Source: Gemmatimonadales bacterium | GTDB taxonomy: Bacteria; Gemmatimonadota; Gemmatimonadetes; Gemmatimonadales; GWC2-71-9 | Length of the DNA: 64,000 nucleotides | Direction of reading: 5' to 3' | Assembly: GCA_035759745.1 (NCBI GenBank) | Contig: DASTUF010000112.1 | Location: forward strand, 905-64,904 | Shown here: positions 54,270 to 64,000 of the stretch, in pieces | Numbering within the stretch: position 1 is the first letter of the stretch | Layout of the letters: every line of letters begins with the position of its first letter | Program-made: the position numbers and the translations under genes | The notes under the pieces: model-generated | Seen by the model: the letters and a program-made list of their open reading frames with translations, nothing else | Databases searched by the model: none | What the model was told of the DNA's origin: nothing

Positions 54270-54722
54270 ATGAAGCTCGAACTCAGCGGTGCCGAGACCA
54301 TGGCCACCGACCGGGCCACCGTATGGGCCTGCCTTACCGATCCCGCCTTCGTGGCCCGGTCGGCTCCGGGTAATGAGGAAGTCACGATCCTGGGTCCCGG
54401 GCGTTTCCGGCTGAGCATCGGGGTGGGGATCGCGATCTTCAAGGTGAAGTTCGACATGGACGTGCAGATGCACGACCTGGTGCCGCAGGAGCGTGCCCGC
54501 CTCACCGCAACGGGCGGGGCCCATGGCACCCACGCGTCGGTGGCGTCGTCGGTGCAACTGGAGGACGCCGGGCCGAGGCTTCAGCAACTCAACTGGGAGG
54601 CAGTTGGAGAAGTGAGCGGCACCCTCGCCGACCTGGGCGCACCAATAGTTGAAGCTGTCATCCGCGCGATGAGCCGCGATTTCTGGCAGGATTTTGCACG
54701 CAGGGTGGAGGGACACGCCTGA
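54270..54722 (+). CDS. SRPBCC / CoxG-family protein
   Basis: MKLELSGAETMATDRATVWACLTDP...FKVKFDMDVQM... matches the CoxG pattern. Confidence 0.7.
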   Translation: MKLELSGAETMATDRATVWACLTDPAFVARSAPGNEEVTILGPGRFRLSIGVGIAIFKVKFDMDVQMHDLVPQERARLTATGGAHGTHASVASSVQLEDAGPRLQQLNWEAVGEVSGTLADLGAPIVEAVIRAMSRDFWQDFARRVEGHA

Positions 54723-54749
54723 GCCAGGCACGCAATGGCAACCGGGAGG

Positions 54750-55352
54750 TCACAGCGAATCGCAGACAACCGTGCCCGACCTGGCCGGCGTGATCCGGTC
54801 CCTATCAGTAGCCGGTCGCGTCCCCACCCGCCCGACCCAGACGACGCAGCTGGAGCCGGACCACCCGTCCAGTGTCGAACGGCCGGTCCAGCCGCTGTCA
54901 CTGGCGGACTCGATCCGCACCGTCACCCCCGGCCGCGGAACCAGCCGCAAAGTCAGATACGACAGGTTGCTGGCGTAACGGGCGTTGTTGGCGAAGTGCT
55001 GCTCCTGCGCCGTTGCCAGGTTCTCGAGGTCGAGCCGGGGTGCAGTTGACCGAGGCGGTGGAGCCGGCCTGGGCGGAGGACTGTCAACCTGTCGCAGCCC
55101 GATGGGGCCATCGGCCACGTCGGCTGCGCTGGGGTAGTTGCGGGAGGTCGGTTTCTCCGCCTGCCGAGCGGCCCGGCGCGCCGACGGTTCGAGGGCCGGC
55201 GTCGTGTCGGCCACCTGCACCGCCGAGGCGGGCGGCGCGGGCCGACGACCGAGCCCTTCGCAGGCGGTGAGCAGCAGGCCGCCCAGGCCGATCGCGCCGA
55301 TGCAGCGGCGACCCCGGAATCCGGGGCAGCTGAAGGAGAGGGGGACCTCCAT
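54750..55352 (-). CDS. Hypothetical lipoprotein
   Basis: Lipobox LLLTAC followed by a Pro/Ala-rich linker. Confidence 0.5.
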   Translation of the reverse strand: MEVPLSFSCPGFRGRRCIGAIGLGGLLLTACEGLGRRPAPPASAVQVADTTPALEPSARRAARQAEKPTSRNYPSAADVADGPIGLRQVDSPPPRPAPPPRSTAPRLDLENLATAQEQHFANNARYASNLSYLTLRLVPRPGVTVRIESASDSGWTGRSTLDGWSGSSCVVWVGRVGTRPATDRDRITPARSGTVVCDSL

Positions 55353-55422
55353 CGTATGATCGTACGCCCGGATTGAACCCGGCGCCAGATACCCTGCCCA
55401 TCATGCCCCGGAGGTAGATCGA

Positions 55423-57117
55423 ATGCGGCTGAACCACCGCTCCGCGCTGCTCGTACTGCTGCTGGCCGCCTGCGCGCCTGCGCTGCGGCCCGCCCAACCG
55501 GAGTACGACGTCATCATCCGGAATGGCACCGTCTACGACGGAAGCGGTGGCGCCGGGATCGCGGCCGACGTGGCAATCAAGGGCGATACCATCGCCCGAA
55601 TCGGCGATCTCAGCGGCGCACGCGCCGCTCGCGAAGTGGACGCGAAGGACCTGGCCGTGACGCCGGGGTTCGTCAACATGCTGAGCTGGGCCAATGTCGC
55701 CCTGCTCCATGACGGACGTTCGCAGGGCGACATCCGTCAGGGCGTCACGCTCGAAGTGTTCGGCGAGGGCACCTCCATGGGGCCGCTCAGCGACTCGATG
55801 CGCGCCCGCTCGCTGGCCAACCAGGGAAGGATCAAGTACGACATCCCCTGGCGCACCCTCGGCGGCTACCTCCAGCACCTGGAGGACAAGGGCGTATCGC
55901 CCAACGTCGCGTCCTTCGTGGGCGCAACGACTCTTCGGATCCACGAAGTGGGGTACGACGACCGGCCGGCCACCGCCGAGGAACTGTCGCGGATGCAGGA
56001 GCTGGTGCGGGAGGCGATGCGGGAAGGAGCGCTGGGCGTCGGCTCGTCGCTGATCTACGCCCCCGCCAACTTCGCGCCCACGGCGGAGCTGGTGGCGCTG
56101 GCCAGTGCCGCCGGCGAGTTCGGAGGGATGTACATCTCCCATATTCGCTCTGAAGGCTCGGGCCTGCTGCCCGCGCTCGACGAACTGGTCCACATAGCCG
56201 ATGCTGCCGGAGTGCGAGCGGAGATCTACCATCTCAAGGCATCGGGCCGCGCCAACTGGCCGCGGCTGGACAGCGCCATCGCCAAGGTCGACTCCGCCCG
56301 GGCGGCGGGACTCGCCATCACAGCAGACATGTACACCTACCCCGCCAGCTCAACCGGCCTGGACGCCACCATGCCTACGTGGGTGCAGGAGGGAGGGCAC
56401 GATGCGTGGGTCGCGCGACTCAAGGATCCGGAGATTCGCGCTCGGCTCGGCGCCGAAATGCGGGGCGACGGCTCCACCTACGACAACGCGTTTGCCAACT
56501 CGGGCGGACCCGACGGCATCCTGCTGGTGTCGTTCCGGCAGGACTCGTTACGCTACCTGGCGGGCAAGACGCTGGGTGAGGTGGCGCGGATGCGGGGGAC
56601 GCCGCCGGAAGAGACAGCAATGGACCTGGTGATCCAGGATGACAGCGATGTGGGCTGCGTCTTCTTCACGATGTCGGAAGAGAACGTGCGAAAGAAGATC
56701 GCGCTGCCGTGGCTGAGCTTCGGCTCCGACGGTGGTTCGTACTCGGCAGAAGGCGTGTTCCTCCTTTCAGGCACGCACCCTCGCGCGTACGGCAATTTCG
56801 CCCGGCTGCTGGGGCGCTACGTCAGAGACGAGCAGGTCATTTCGCTGGGAGAGGCCATCCGCAAGCTCACGGCACTGCCGGCGAGCAACCTGCGCATCGA
56901 ACGCAGGGGGCAGCTCCGGCCCGGATACTTCGCCGACGTCGTGGTGTTCGATCCGGAGACCATCATCGATCACGCCACGTTCGAGCAGCCGCACCAGTAC
57001 AGCACCGGCGTGCGCGACGTGTTCGTGAACGGGGTTCAGGTGCTGCGGGATGGGGAGCACACTGGAGCGACGCCGGGGAGGTTCGTGAAGGGGCCAGGCT
57101 ATCGAAGTGAGAAGTGA
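55423..57117 (+). CDS. D-aminoacylase (N-acyl-D-amino-acid deacylase), amidohydrolase superfamily
   Basis: YDVIIRNGTVYDGSG...VTPGFVNMLSW...ISHIRSEG... and an N-terminal signal/lipobox. Confidence 0.8.
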   Translation: MRLNHRSALLVLLLAACAPALRPAQPEYDVIIRNGTVYDGSGGAGIAADVAIKGDTIARIGDLSGARAAREVDAKDLAVTPGFVNMLSWANVALLHDGRSQGDIRQGVTLEVFGEGTSMGPLSDSMRARSLANQGRIKYDIPWRTLGGYLQHLEDKGVSPNVASFVGATTLRIHEVGYDDRPATAEELSRMQELVREAMREGALGVGSSLIYAPANFAPTAELVALASAAGEFGGMYISHIRSEGSGLLPALDELVHIADAAGVRAEIYHLKASGRANWPRLDSAIAKVDSARAAGLAITADMYTYPASSTGLDATMPTWVQEGGHDAWVARLKDPEIRARLGAEMRGDGSTYDNAFANSGGPDGILLVSFRQDSLRYLAGKTLGEVARMRGTPPEETAMDLVIQDDSDVGCVFFTMSEENVRKKIALPWLSFGSDGGSYSAEGVFLLSGTHPRAYGNFARLLGRYVRDEQVISLGEAIRKLTALPASNLRIERRGQLRPGYFADVVVFDPETIIDHATFEQPHQYSTGVRDVFVNGVQVLRDGEHTGATPGRFVKGPGYRSEK

Positions 57118-57129
57118 GAAGGTGAAGGG

Positions 57130-57582
57130 TCAGGCAGGTCTGGTCAGTTCCTGAACCTGGCGGACAAACCTTCGCTGCTGGGCGCGGCCGCCGGTTGCGA
57201 CGAAGATCGTGTCGTCACCCGCCAGCGTGCCGACCACCTCGGGCCATGCGAGCCGGTCCAGTGCAGCCCCCACTCGGTTCGCCTCGCCCGGCGGAGTGTG
57301 CAGCACCACCATGGCGTCGCCCGCCGTGTCCACGGTGAGTACACCCTCGGCGATGCGGCGCTCGTCAGGGTCATCCGAGTTCCGCGCCGGCGCATCGGGA
57401 CGCCGATACGCCCCACCCGCCTTCACCAGGCCAAGCGCAGCGATGTCCCGGCTCACGCTGGACTGGGTCACTTCCCAGCCCTCGGCGGCGAGCGCCTCCG
57501 CCAGTTCCTCCTGGGTGCGCACCGACCTCGTCTCGATCAGCTCGAGGATCTTGAGGTGTCGCTTGCGACGATCCGCCGTCAT
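57130..57582 (-). CDS. argR: Arginine repressor
   Basis: N-terminal wHTH segment RHLKILELIETRSVRTQEELAEAL...QSSVSRDIAALGLVK and C-terminal GTLAGDDTIFV. The ATG overlaps the argH stop. Confidence 0.85.
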   Translation of the reverse strand: MTADRRKRHLKILELIETRSVRTQEELAEALAAEGWEVTQSSVSRDIAALGLVKAGGAYRRPDAPARNSDDPDERRIAEGVLTVDTAGDAMVVLHTPPGEANRVGAALDRLAWPEVVGTLAGDDTIFVATGGRAQQRRFVRQVQELTRPA

Positions 57583-58955
57583 CCGGACACCCTCCTGCCC
57601 GCCAGTCGCGCCATCGCACGATCGAATCGCTGCCGCTCGGCGCGGCTCCACCTGCGCGCGGCACGCGCCCGGACGGCGGCCTCGCGCAGCCCGGGATCTC
57701 CCACGCCACCGGTGCTGCGTCGCCGCCGGATGATGTCCTGCGCGCTGGGAGCAGGGTGTACCACACCTGCCGACAATTCATCAGCCACATCGCGGTAGGC
57801 CTGACGGAACGGTTCGCCCGCTTCCACCCGACGCATTACCTCGTCAGTTGCCAGCGCACCACCCTCCAGCGCTGCGCTGCAGCGTTCGCGATCCACTTCC
57901 AGGGCGCCCATCACCCGAGGCAGCACTGTCACCATCTCCCCGGTGCGGTCGAGCCCGCGGAAGAGCGGCTCCTTGAGCAGCTGGAAGTCGCGATGATAGC
58001 CGCTGCCCAACTTTGCCTTCAGTGCCATGACTGCCGCGAGGTCGCCCTCCACTGCGGCCGCGCGGGCTCGCGTCAGCTCGAACAGGTCGGGGTTGCGCTT
58101 GTGCGGCATGATGCTGCTGCCGGTGGTAAACTCTACCGGCAGCATGAAATAGCCGAACTCTTCCGCGCTGTAGAGAATGACGTCGGTGGAGAGCCGGGCC
58201 AGTTCGTGCCCGGCCTGGGAGCACCAGAAGAGCACCGCTGCCTCGAGCTTGCCCCGACCGTTCTGCACCGATGCGACGTTGCGGTCCAGTCCCCCAAAGC
58301 CCAGCGCGCGGGCAATGCGCTCCCGTGGCAGCGGCAGTGGAACGCCGTAGCCGGCGGCGCTCCCCAGTGGGGAGCGATCCACCCGCTGCCAGAGGGTCGG
58401 CAGTTCCTCGACCGTGTCAAGCAAACCCTCCGCCAGCGCTCCGGCCCACAGCGCGACCGAAGACGGCATCGCGCGCCGCTGGTGAGTGTAGCCGGGCATC
58501 AGCACCCGCTGGTGTGCGCGACCAAATCCCAGCAGCGCCTCCGCTACATCCAGTGCGCCGTCATGCAGGTTGAGCAGCCGGTCCTTCAGCATCAAACGCA
58601 GGTCGACCGCAACCTGGTCATTGCGCGAGCGTCCGGTGTGAAGCCGCTCACCGGCACCGCGATCACGACGGGTGAGCCAGGCCTCCACCGCGCTGTGGGC
58701 GTCTTCCTGCCCCGCGCCGATGCCAAGCGCTCCGGATTCGACCGCGCGCAGCGCGGCCCTGAGTCCGGAGCGGAGGCGGGCGTGCTCGCTGCCGGAGATG
58801 AGCTTCGCGAAGCGCAATCCTTCGATGTGGCCCAGGCTGCCGAGCACGTCCCACTGCAGCAGACGCGCATCCCAGTGCGGATCGTCGCCGATGCTGTACG
58901 CCAGCATCGCGGCATCGGGCCTGGCCTTGGGCTGCCAGAGCGTACGCGGACTCAT
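57579..58955 (-). CDS. argH: Argininosuccinate lyase
   Basis: Fumarase/lyase signature GSSIMPHKRNP, plus ...TGRSRNDQVA... Confidence 0.9.
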   Translation of the reverse strand: MSPRTLWQPKARPDAAMLAYSIGDDPHWDARLLQWDVLGSLGHIEGLRFAKLISGSEHARLRSGLRAALRAVESGALGIGAGQEDAHSAVEAWLTRRDRGAGERLHTGRSRNDQVAVDLRLMLKDRLLNLHDGALDVAEALLGFGRAHQRVLMPGYTHQRRAMPSSVALWAGALAEGLLDTVEELPTLWQRVDRSPLGSAAGYGVPLPLPRERIARALGFGGLDRNVASVQNGRGKLEAAVLFWCSQAGHELARLSTDVILYSAEEFGYFMLPVEFTTGSSIMPHKRNPDLFELTRARAAAVEGDLAAVMALKAKLGSGYHRDFQLLKEPLFRGLDRTGEMVTVLPRVMGALEVDRERCSAALEGGALATDEVMRRVEAGEPFRQAYRDVADELSAGVVHPAPSAQDIIRRRRSTGGVGDPGLREAAVRARAARRWSRAERQRFDRAMARLAGRRVSG

Positions 58956-60028
58956 GTGAGGTACTCCCTGGCGACGCGGGCGTAGTACCCGCGTGCTGCG
59001 CTCACCTCATGCAGGTCCACGTACTCGTCGGGCGTGTGCGAGCGCCGGCTGGTGCCGGGGCCGCACTTCACTGCGTCGGTGTCCCGCAGGAACACCCAGT
59101 CCGAGCAGGTAGGACTGCCGTACATCTCGGCCTGCGGCCGAAGCCGCCGCAGCACTTCCAGCAGTCGCGAGGGTCCCGGCGTCTCACACGGTACCAGCCG
59201 GTCAGACGTCACCACTACCTCGGACTTGAGCCGCTCGCGCAGCCGGGTCGCGATGGCATCATGGGGCCACGCCGGTGTGCTGCGGATGTCGAGCACGGCC
59301 CGGGCCGAGGGCGGAGTCACATTCCGGCTGACCCCACCCTCCAGCATGGTGGCCGTTACGGTGGGAGCGCCCAGCAAGCCGTGAGGCCGGTCGGGAAAGA
59401 GTTCACCCAGCGTCATAAGGTCCTGGGCGAGCGTGGTGACGGCGTTGACGAACTCTCCATCCGCCGCCGCGTAGCCGGCATGCCGCTGGTCCCCGCGCGC
59501 GACGAGGTCGACCATCATCAGCCCGCGCTGGGCAATTGCGAGGTCGAGATTGGTGGGCTCGCCCACGATGGCCCCATCTACTCGTCCGGTACGAGCGAGC
59601 GCTTCCGGCATGGAGGTATGTCGGGTCTCCTCGCCGTACCCGAGGATCACCGTCAACTCGCCGTGGAGCGCCGATGGATCGGCGGCGACATCGCGGGCCG
59701 CGAGCAGCATCGCGGCCACCGATGCCTTGGCGTCTCCCGAGCCGCGGCCATAGAGCTTGCCGGTTTCGATGGTTGCCTCGAAAGGATCGCGCACCCAGCC
59801 GTCGCCGGCGGGCACCGTGTCGAGATGCGACACGAACGCCAGGCGGCGGCCCGGGGAAGCACCGTGCACCGTCACCCGCACTCCTGCGTCGTCGCGAACG
59901 GTGTCGAGCCCCCATTCGCGCGCGCGGCGTTCGACGAGAGTGCCAGCGGCAACCTCGTCGCCGCTCACTGACGGCGTGCTTACCAGCTCCCGCAGGAGCT
60001 CAATCTCGTCCGGCCAGGTCAACGCCAA
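58952..60028 (-). CDS. argE: M20-family deacylase (acetylornithine / acetylcitrulline deacetylase-like)
   Basis: ...LVSTPSVSGDE...FVSHLDTVP...GRGSGDAKAS.... Located within the arg operon. Confidence 0.75.
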   Translation of the reverse strand: MALTWPDEIELLRELVSTPSVSGDEVAAGTLVERRAREWGLDTVRDDAGVRVTVHGASPGRRLAFVSHLDTVPAGDGWVRDPFEATIETGKLYGRGSGDAKASVAAMLLAARDVAADPSALHGELTVILGYGEETRHTSMPEALARTGRVDGAIVGEPTNLDLAIAQRGLMMVDLVARGDQRHAGYAAADGEFVNAVTTLAQDLMTLGELFPDRPHGLLGAPTVTATMLEGGVSRNVTPPSARAVLDIRSTPAWPHDAIATRLRERLKSEVVVTSDRLVPCETPGPSRLLEVLRRLRPQAEMYGSPTCSDWVFLRDTDAVKCGPGTSRRSHTPDEYVDLHEVSAARGYYARVAREYLT

Positions 60029-60941
60029 GGTAGGTCGCTTTCTCCTTTCGGCCGACGATCATGGTGCCGCAGCCCGCGCCGGTGAAAACCTCGAGCAGCA
60101 GCGCGTCCGGCTGGCTGCCGTCGATGATGTGGGTGCGCTCGACCCCGTTGGTCGCGGCCCGGATGCAGGCCTCCACCTTGGGCCGCATCCCGCCGGCCAG
60201 CGCGCCGCTCTGCATCAGCTCGGTGAGATCGTCGGGATCGGCAAACGTCACCAGGGTGGCGGGGTCGCTCCGGTCACGGAGCACCCCGGGGACGCCGGTG
60301 AGGAAGATCAGCTTCTGGGCATGCAGCGCCGTGGCGATGGTCTCTGCCACCGTGTCGGCGTTCACGTTGTAGACGTTTCCGTCGTCGTCGCCGGCGAGGC
60401 TGGCGACCACGGGCACGAAGCGCGCGTCGAGCAAACTGGAGATAACTCGCGGGTCGGTCCGGTCGATGTCGCCCACGTGGCCGAAGTCCACCACTTCTTC
60501 CTTGCCGCTGTCGTCTATCATGGGCACCGGGGGACGCCGGTGCGCGGTGAGCAGGTCAGCGTCCACGCCGCTCAACCCCACGGCTTGCACTCGGTGTTCC
60601 CGAAGCGCCGACAGCAGGTCGGTCGTAAGCAGGCCCGAGTAGACCATCTTGGCCACTTCGAGCGCGTCGTCGTCGGTGACCCTGCGGCCTGCAACCATGC
60701 GCGGCTCGCGGCCGAGCCGGCGCGACATGGCGGAAGCCTGCGGCCCGCCACCGTGCACCACCACCAGGCGGATGCCCAGCGAGTGCAGCAACGCCAGCTG
60801 TGCGGCAACCTGGTCCAGCACGGCCTCGTCCTGCAGGACGTCGCCGCCGAGCTTGACCACGAACACCTGGTCGCGATAATGCCGCACATACCGCAGCGCG
60901 CCCTTGAGGCCGGCGATGCCGCGGCTGGGATCCAGACTCAT
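60000..60941 (-). CDS. argB: Acetylglutamate kinase
   Basis: VFVVKLGGDVL...VVVHGGGPQ...NVNADT motifs. The start is ATG 60941 or 60971. Confidence 0.9.
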   Translation of the reverse strand: MSLDPSRGIAGLKGALRYVRHYRDQVFVVKLGGDVLQDEAVLDQVAAQLALLHSLGIRLVVVHGGGPQASAMSRRLGREPRMVAGRRVTDDDALEVAKMVYSGLLTTDLLSALREHRVQAVGLSGVDADLLTAHRRPPVPMIDDSGKEEVVDFGHVGDIDRTDPRVISSLLDARFVPVVASLAGDDDGNVYNVNADTVAETIATALHAQKLIFLTGVPGVLRDRSDPATLVTFADPDDLTELMQSGALAGGMRPKVEACIRAATNGVERTHIIDGSQPDALLLEVFTGAGCGTMIVGRKEKATYLGVDLAGRD

Positions 60942-60967
60942 CCGTTCCGTCTCCTGTCGTGTTTCCA

Positions 60968-61981
60968 TCACGGCCGCCCCAGCAGTTCCAGCAGCACCGC
61001 ACGCTGCACATGCAGCCGGTTCTCCGCCTGGTTCACTACCACGCTGCTGGGCCCGTCCAGCACCGCGTCATCGATCTCTACGTTGCGGCGCACCGGCAGG
61101 CAGTGCAGCACGATACCCTTCCCGTCCCGGGTTGCGCGCAGCCGGTTGCCGGTCAGGCGCCAGTCGCGATACGGCTTCCGCAACTCCGCACCCTCTTCCG
61201 GCCGGCCGAACGCGCCGAGCGCGCCCCACGCCTTCACGTATACCGCGTCCGCGCCCTGTAGCGCATCATCGAGATCATCCGATACGCTGACGGTTCCACC
61301 CGACGCTCCGGCCAGCCGGGTGACGGTGGCCATGTCGTCCGGGTCGAGGTCGAATCCGGGAGGGCGGGCCACCACCACGTCCATCCCCATCATCGCGCCT
61401 GCGATCGCAGCACTGGCCGGCACTGCGGTCGGCAGCGCCTTGGGATGCCACGCCCACGACAGCACCAGCTTCTTGCCGCGAGTCTGGCTGAGGTGCTCGC
61501 GCAGCGTCAGGGCGTCGGCCAGCCCCTGGCAGGGATGTCGCCGGGTGCTCTCGAGGTTGATTACCGGCTTGTCGGAGTAGTGCGCGAAGTCGCGGATGAG
61601 CCGGTCCTCTCGTTCCATCGCCCAGTCGGTACCCTTGGGGAAGGCGCGAACGGCCAGGGCATCGGCATAGCGTGCCAGTACCCGCGCCGCATCGACCACA
61701 TGCTCCACCGATGCACCATCCATCACTACGCCATGCTTGGTCTCGAGGGTCCACGAGCCCTTGCCCGGTTCCAGCACCAGGGCGTGGCCGCCGTGCAGGA
61801 ACATCGCGGTTTCGAAGCTCGACCGGGTGCGCAGGCTCGGGTCCATGAAGACCATGGCCAGCACCCGGCGCTCGAGCCCGCCGGCGATTTCGCCCCGCTT
61901 GATTCGTGCAGCCAGCCGGAGCAGCGCCTCGACCCCGTCGGCGCCCCAGTCCTCCATCGCGAGAAAGTCGCGCTTGCTCAT
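60968..61981 (-). CDS. N-acyl-ornithine (acetyl/succinyl) carbamoyltransferase-like transcarbamylase
   Basis: SLRTRSSFE and HCLP motifs. The N-terminus and the ...VLEPGKGSWTLETKHGVVMDG... insertion resemble ArgF' (AOTCase/SOTCase) rather than classical OTCase. Confidence 0.7.
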   Translation of the reverse strand: MSKRDFLAMEDWGADGVEALLRLAARIKRGEIAGGLERRVLAMVFMDPSLRTRSSFETAMFLHGGHALVLEPGKGSWTLETKHGVVMDGASVEHVVDAARVLARYADALAVRAFPKGTDWAMEREDRLIRDFAHYSDKPVINLESTRRHPCQGLADALTLREHLSQTRGKKLVLSWAWHPKALPTAVPASAAIAGAMMGMDVVVARPPGFDLDPDDMATVTRLAGASGGTVSVSDDLDDALQGADAVYVKAWGALGAFGRPEEGAELRKPYRDWRLTGNRLRATRDGKGIVLHCLPVRRNVEIDDAVLDGPSSVVVNQAENRLHVQRAVLLELLGRP

Positions 61982-63132
61982 CGCAGAACCTCGCGAAGGG
62001 AGTCGAGCAGCACGTCAGCCTCATCCAGGCTGAACGAAAGAGGCGGCATCAGGCGCAGCACCGCCGGATCCGTGGACGTGCCAGTCAGCACGCGCCGCTC
62101 GAACAGCGCGCGCTGGACCTCGGCAGCTGGACGCTCCAACCTCAGCCCGAGCAGCAGGCCACGCCCCTGTACCTGCCGCACGCCAAGCGACGCGGCGCCA
62201 GCGCGTATGTGGTCGCTCACGCGGGCGACGTTCTCCAGCAATCCTTCCTGCTCGATAACCTCGATCGTCGCGATCGCCGCGGCGCACGGCACCGGGCCGC
62301 CTCCAAACGTGCTGCCCAGGTCACCGATGGCCACCTGGCCGGCGATGGCACTGGTCGCTACCGTGGCCGAGATCGGCATGCCCGAGCCGAGCCCCTTGGC
62401 CATCGTGAGCAGGTCAGGCGTCACGCCGTATGACTCCGCAGCTGTGAATCGTCCGCTGCGGCCAACGCCGCACTGGATCTCGTCGAAGATGAGCATCACG
62501 CCACGTTCGGTGGTGAGCTCCCGGGCCCGCGCGAGAAAGTCGACCGAGCAGTCCCGGGCACCCATCATTCCCTGCACCGGCTCCACAATCAGCGCCGCGA
62601 CGTCATTGCCGAGGAGGTCGTCCAGTGCCGCGATGTCGTTGAACGGCACCTTTTCCGAGAGCTGCATGCCTGCGCGGCGGGCGGCAGCCATGTACTTCTC
62701 GCCATCGGTCACCGCAAGGCAGCCCAGCGTGCGGCCATGCCACCCGCCCGCCACCGAAACGACGCGCTGTCGTCCGGTCACCTTGCGGGCGAGATGCAGC
62801 GCGTTCTCGTTGGCCTCAGCGCCGGAATTGGCGAAGAATACGCTCGACAGCGGTGACGGCATCCGGGCCACAAGCAGCTCCGCCAGCCGCTCGCGGTTGG
62901 GATGTGGCAGCACCGTGGAGTAGAACAGGAGCTGCTCCGCCTGCTTCGCTATCGCCGCCACCACATGCGGGTGGCTGTGACCAGTGGAGGAGACAGCGTG
63001 GCCGCCGTAGGCGTCGAGCCAGCGCTGTCCCGCGTCGTCGGTGATCCACGAGCCACTGCCCGACACCGGCCGCACCGGCATCTGGGCGTACACCGGCAAC
63101 AGCACCGACTCCGTGGTGGTTTGGCTCAGCAT
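61978..63132 (-). CDS. argD: Acetylornithine aminotransferase (class III PLP)
   Basis: ...FANSGAEANE...LIFDEIQCGVGRSG...TMAKGLGSG.... Confidence 0.9.
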   Translation of the reverse strand: MLSQTTTESVLLPVYAQMPVRPVSGSGSWITDDAGQRWLDAYGGHAVSSTGHSHPHVVAAIAKQAEQLLFYSTVLPHPNRERLAELLVARMPSPLSSVFFANSGAEANENALHLARKVTGRQRVVSVAGGWHGRTLGCLAVTDGEKYMAAARRAGMQLSEKVPFNDIAALDDLLGNDVAALIVEPVQGMMGARDCSVDFLARARELTTERGVMLIFDEIQCGVGRSGRFTAAESYGVTPDLLTMAKGLGSGMPISATVATSAIAGQVAIGDLGSTFGGGPVPCAAAIATIEVIEQEGLLENVARVSDHIRAGAASLGVRQVQGRGLLLGLRLERPAAEVQRALFERRVLTGTSTDPAVLRLMPPLSFSLDEADVLLDSLREVLR

Positions 63133-64000
63133 GGAAACACTCCCACCGCGGTCAATCCGGCGGACTCGTCAAAGCCCAGCGCGAGATTCATCGCCTGGAT
63201 GGCCTGCCCGCCCGCGCCCTTCACGAGGTTGTCCTCCGCCACCATCACCTGCAGCTCGCGACCGTCCTCGGAAAGCGCGGCGTGGATCAGCGCATAGTTG
63301 GATCCCACCGCATGGGTCAGTTCGGGGGCGCGGTCCAGCACCCGGACAAATCGGCGATCCGCATAGGCGTCTCGATAGAACGCCGTGGCACCATCGGCCA
63401 GCTGCGACGGCCGCTCGTTGAAGCGGGCGTGCAGCGTCAGGTAGATGCCGCGCACCCAGGGCCCCGAGTGGACCATGAGCCGGGCCTCGGCATCGGCGTT
63501 GCCGGTCCATTCGCGCCAGCTCGCAAGCACCTCTGCCTCGTGGCGGTGACCCAGCACCGAGTAGGCAAAGACGTTATTGGCCCGGGCCGGATGATGGGTC
63601 GTGGGCCGAGGACGGACGCCGGCGCCGCTTGAGCCGGTTATGCCGAAGAGCACCGGCGTCGTCTTGATGCCGGACGTGGCGAGTGGCCACAACGCCAGCT
63701 GCGCCGCAGTGGCAAAGCAGCCAGGCGCCGCGATAGCGGTGGCGCCGCGGAGCTTGTCGCCCAGCACGTCGGCGAGACCGTATCTGAATCGATGGACATG
63801 ATCGGGCGACGCATGCTGGCCGTAGAACCGTTCGTAGAGCCGCATGTCAGCAACCCGGAAGTCGGCGGCGAGGTCGATCACCAGCCCCGGTCCCGACTCG
63901 AAGATCTCTGCCGCCAGGCGCGAAGACTCACCGTGCTCCAGTGCCAGGAACACCACATCCCGCCCTATCGCGGCTTCCCCCGGCGACATGCCGGAGAACC
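63126..64000 (-). CDS. argC: N-acetyl-gamma-glutamyl-phosphate reductase (partial, 5' end beyond window)
   Basis: The active-site region is ...IAAPGCFATAAQLAL.... The reading frame stays open to the window edge, and the expected N-terminal NAD-binding segment is missing. Confidence 0.85.
   Translation of the reverse strand, partial: FSGMSPGEAAIGRDVVFLALEHGESSRLAAEIFESGPGLVIDLAADFRVADMRLYERFYGQHASPDHVHRFRYGLADVLGDKLRGATAIAAPGCFATAAQLALWPLATSGIKTTPVLFGITGSSGAGVRPRPTTHHPARANNVFAYSVLGHRHEAEVLASWREWTGNADAEARLMVHSGPWVRGIYLTLHARFNERPSQLADGATAFYRDAYADRRFVRVLDRAPELTHAVGSNYALIHAALSEDGRELQVMVAEDNLVKGAGGQAIQAMNLALGFDESAGLTAVGVFPC

Noticed and set aside
57105-57130. GAAGTGAGAAGTGAGAAGGTGAAGGGT word block after the D-aminoacylase gene, considered as a regulatory element.
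   Set aside because: Only one arm is present and no partner repeat could be paired convincingly. It partly lies within the gene's last codons, so it is noted only as another instance of the GGTGAA-type low-complexity words.

Overview
This is a very GC-rich, gene-dense bacterial chromosomal window. The protein repertoire and the 'word-repeat' intergenic spacers suggest a Gemmatimonadota-like organism, but that is inference only. All calls come from reading the supplied translations and the DNA by eye; no searches were run.

Main content, in order:
- A selenocysteine-containing, NAD-linked formate dehydrogenase locus whose FdsA-type subunit is split into two genes in permuted order, plus fdhD.
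- A run of small accessory genes: NTF2-like, cupin, ATP-grasp, SRPBCC, YdeI.
- tRNA-Ala and tRNA-Gln followed by an intrinsic terminator.
- rnz, the mlaEFD operon, a short MutY-like glycosylase, a patatin operon and nadE.
- A secreted DUF4384 protein with extreme Tyr-rich and RAEP-repeat tails.
- A gene pair encoding a TPR/GH-like protein and a TPR/YaiO-like porin.
- An operon with a Ser/Thr kinase and an M16 peptidase.
- A DtxR-family-regulated operon encoding a multicopper oxidase, a ZIP transporter and an outer-membrane channel, with a palindromic operator.
- A TonB-dependent receptor translationally coupled to an exported CbiX/CbiK-like protein.
- DUF47-Pit, glycosyltransferases and a D-aminoacylase.
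- An argC-D-F'-B-E-H-argR operon that runs off the 3' edge of the window.

The best candidate for an undescribed system is at 45.4-50.6 kb. It is a translationally coupled PglX/Eco57I-like N6-adenine methyltransferase and SNF2-type helicase with no recognisable nuclease. An inverted-repeat element lies upstream and a perfect 20-bp-stem palindrome lies downstream.

Several intergenic repeat families are also described, including one hairpin element that shows a compensatory stem substitution between its two copies.
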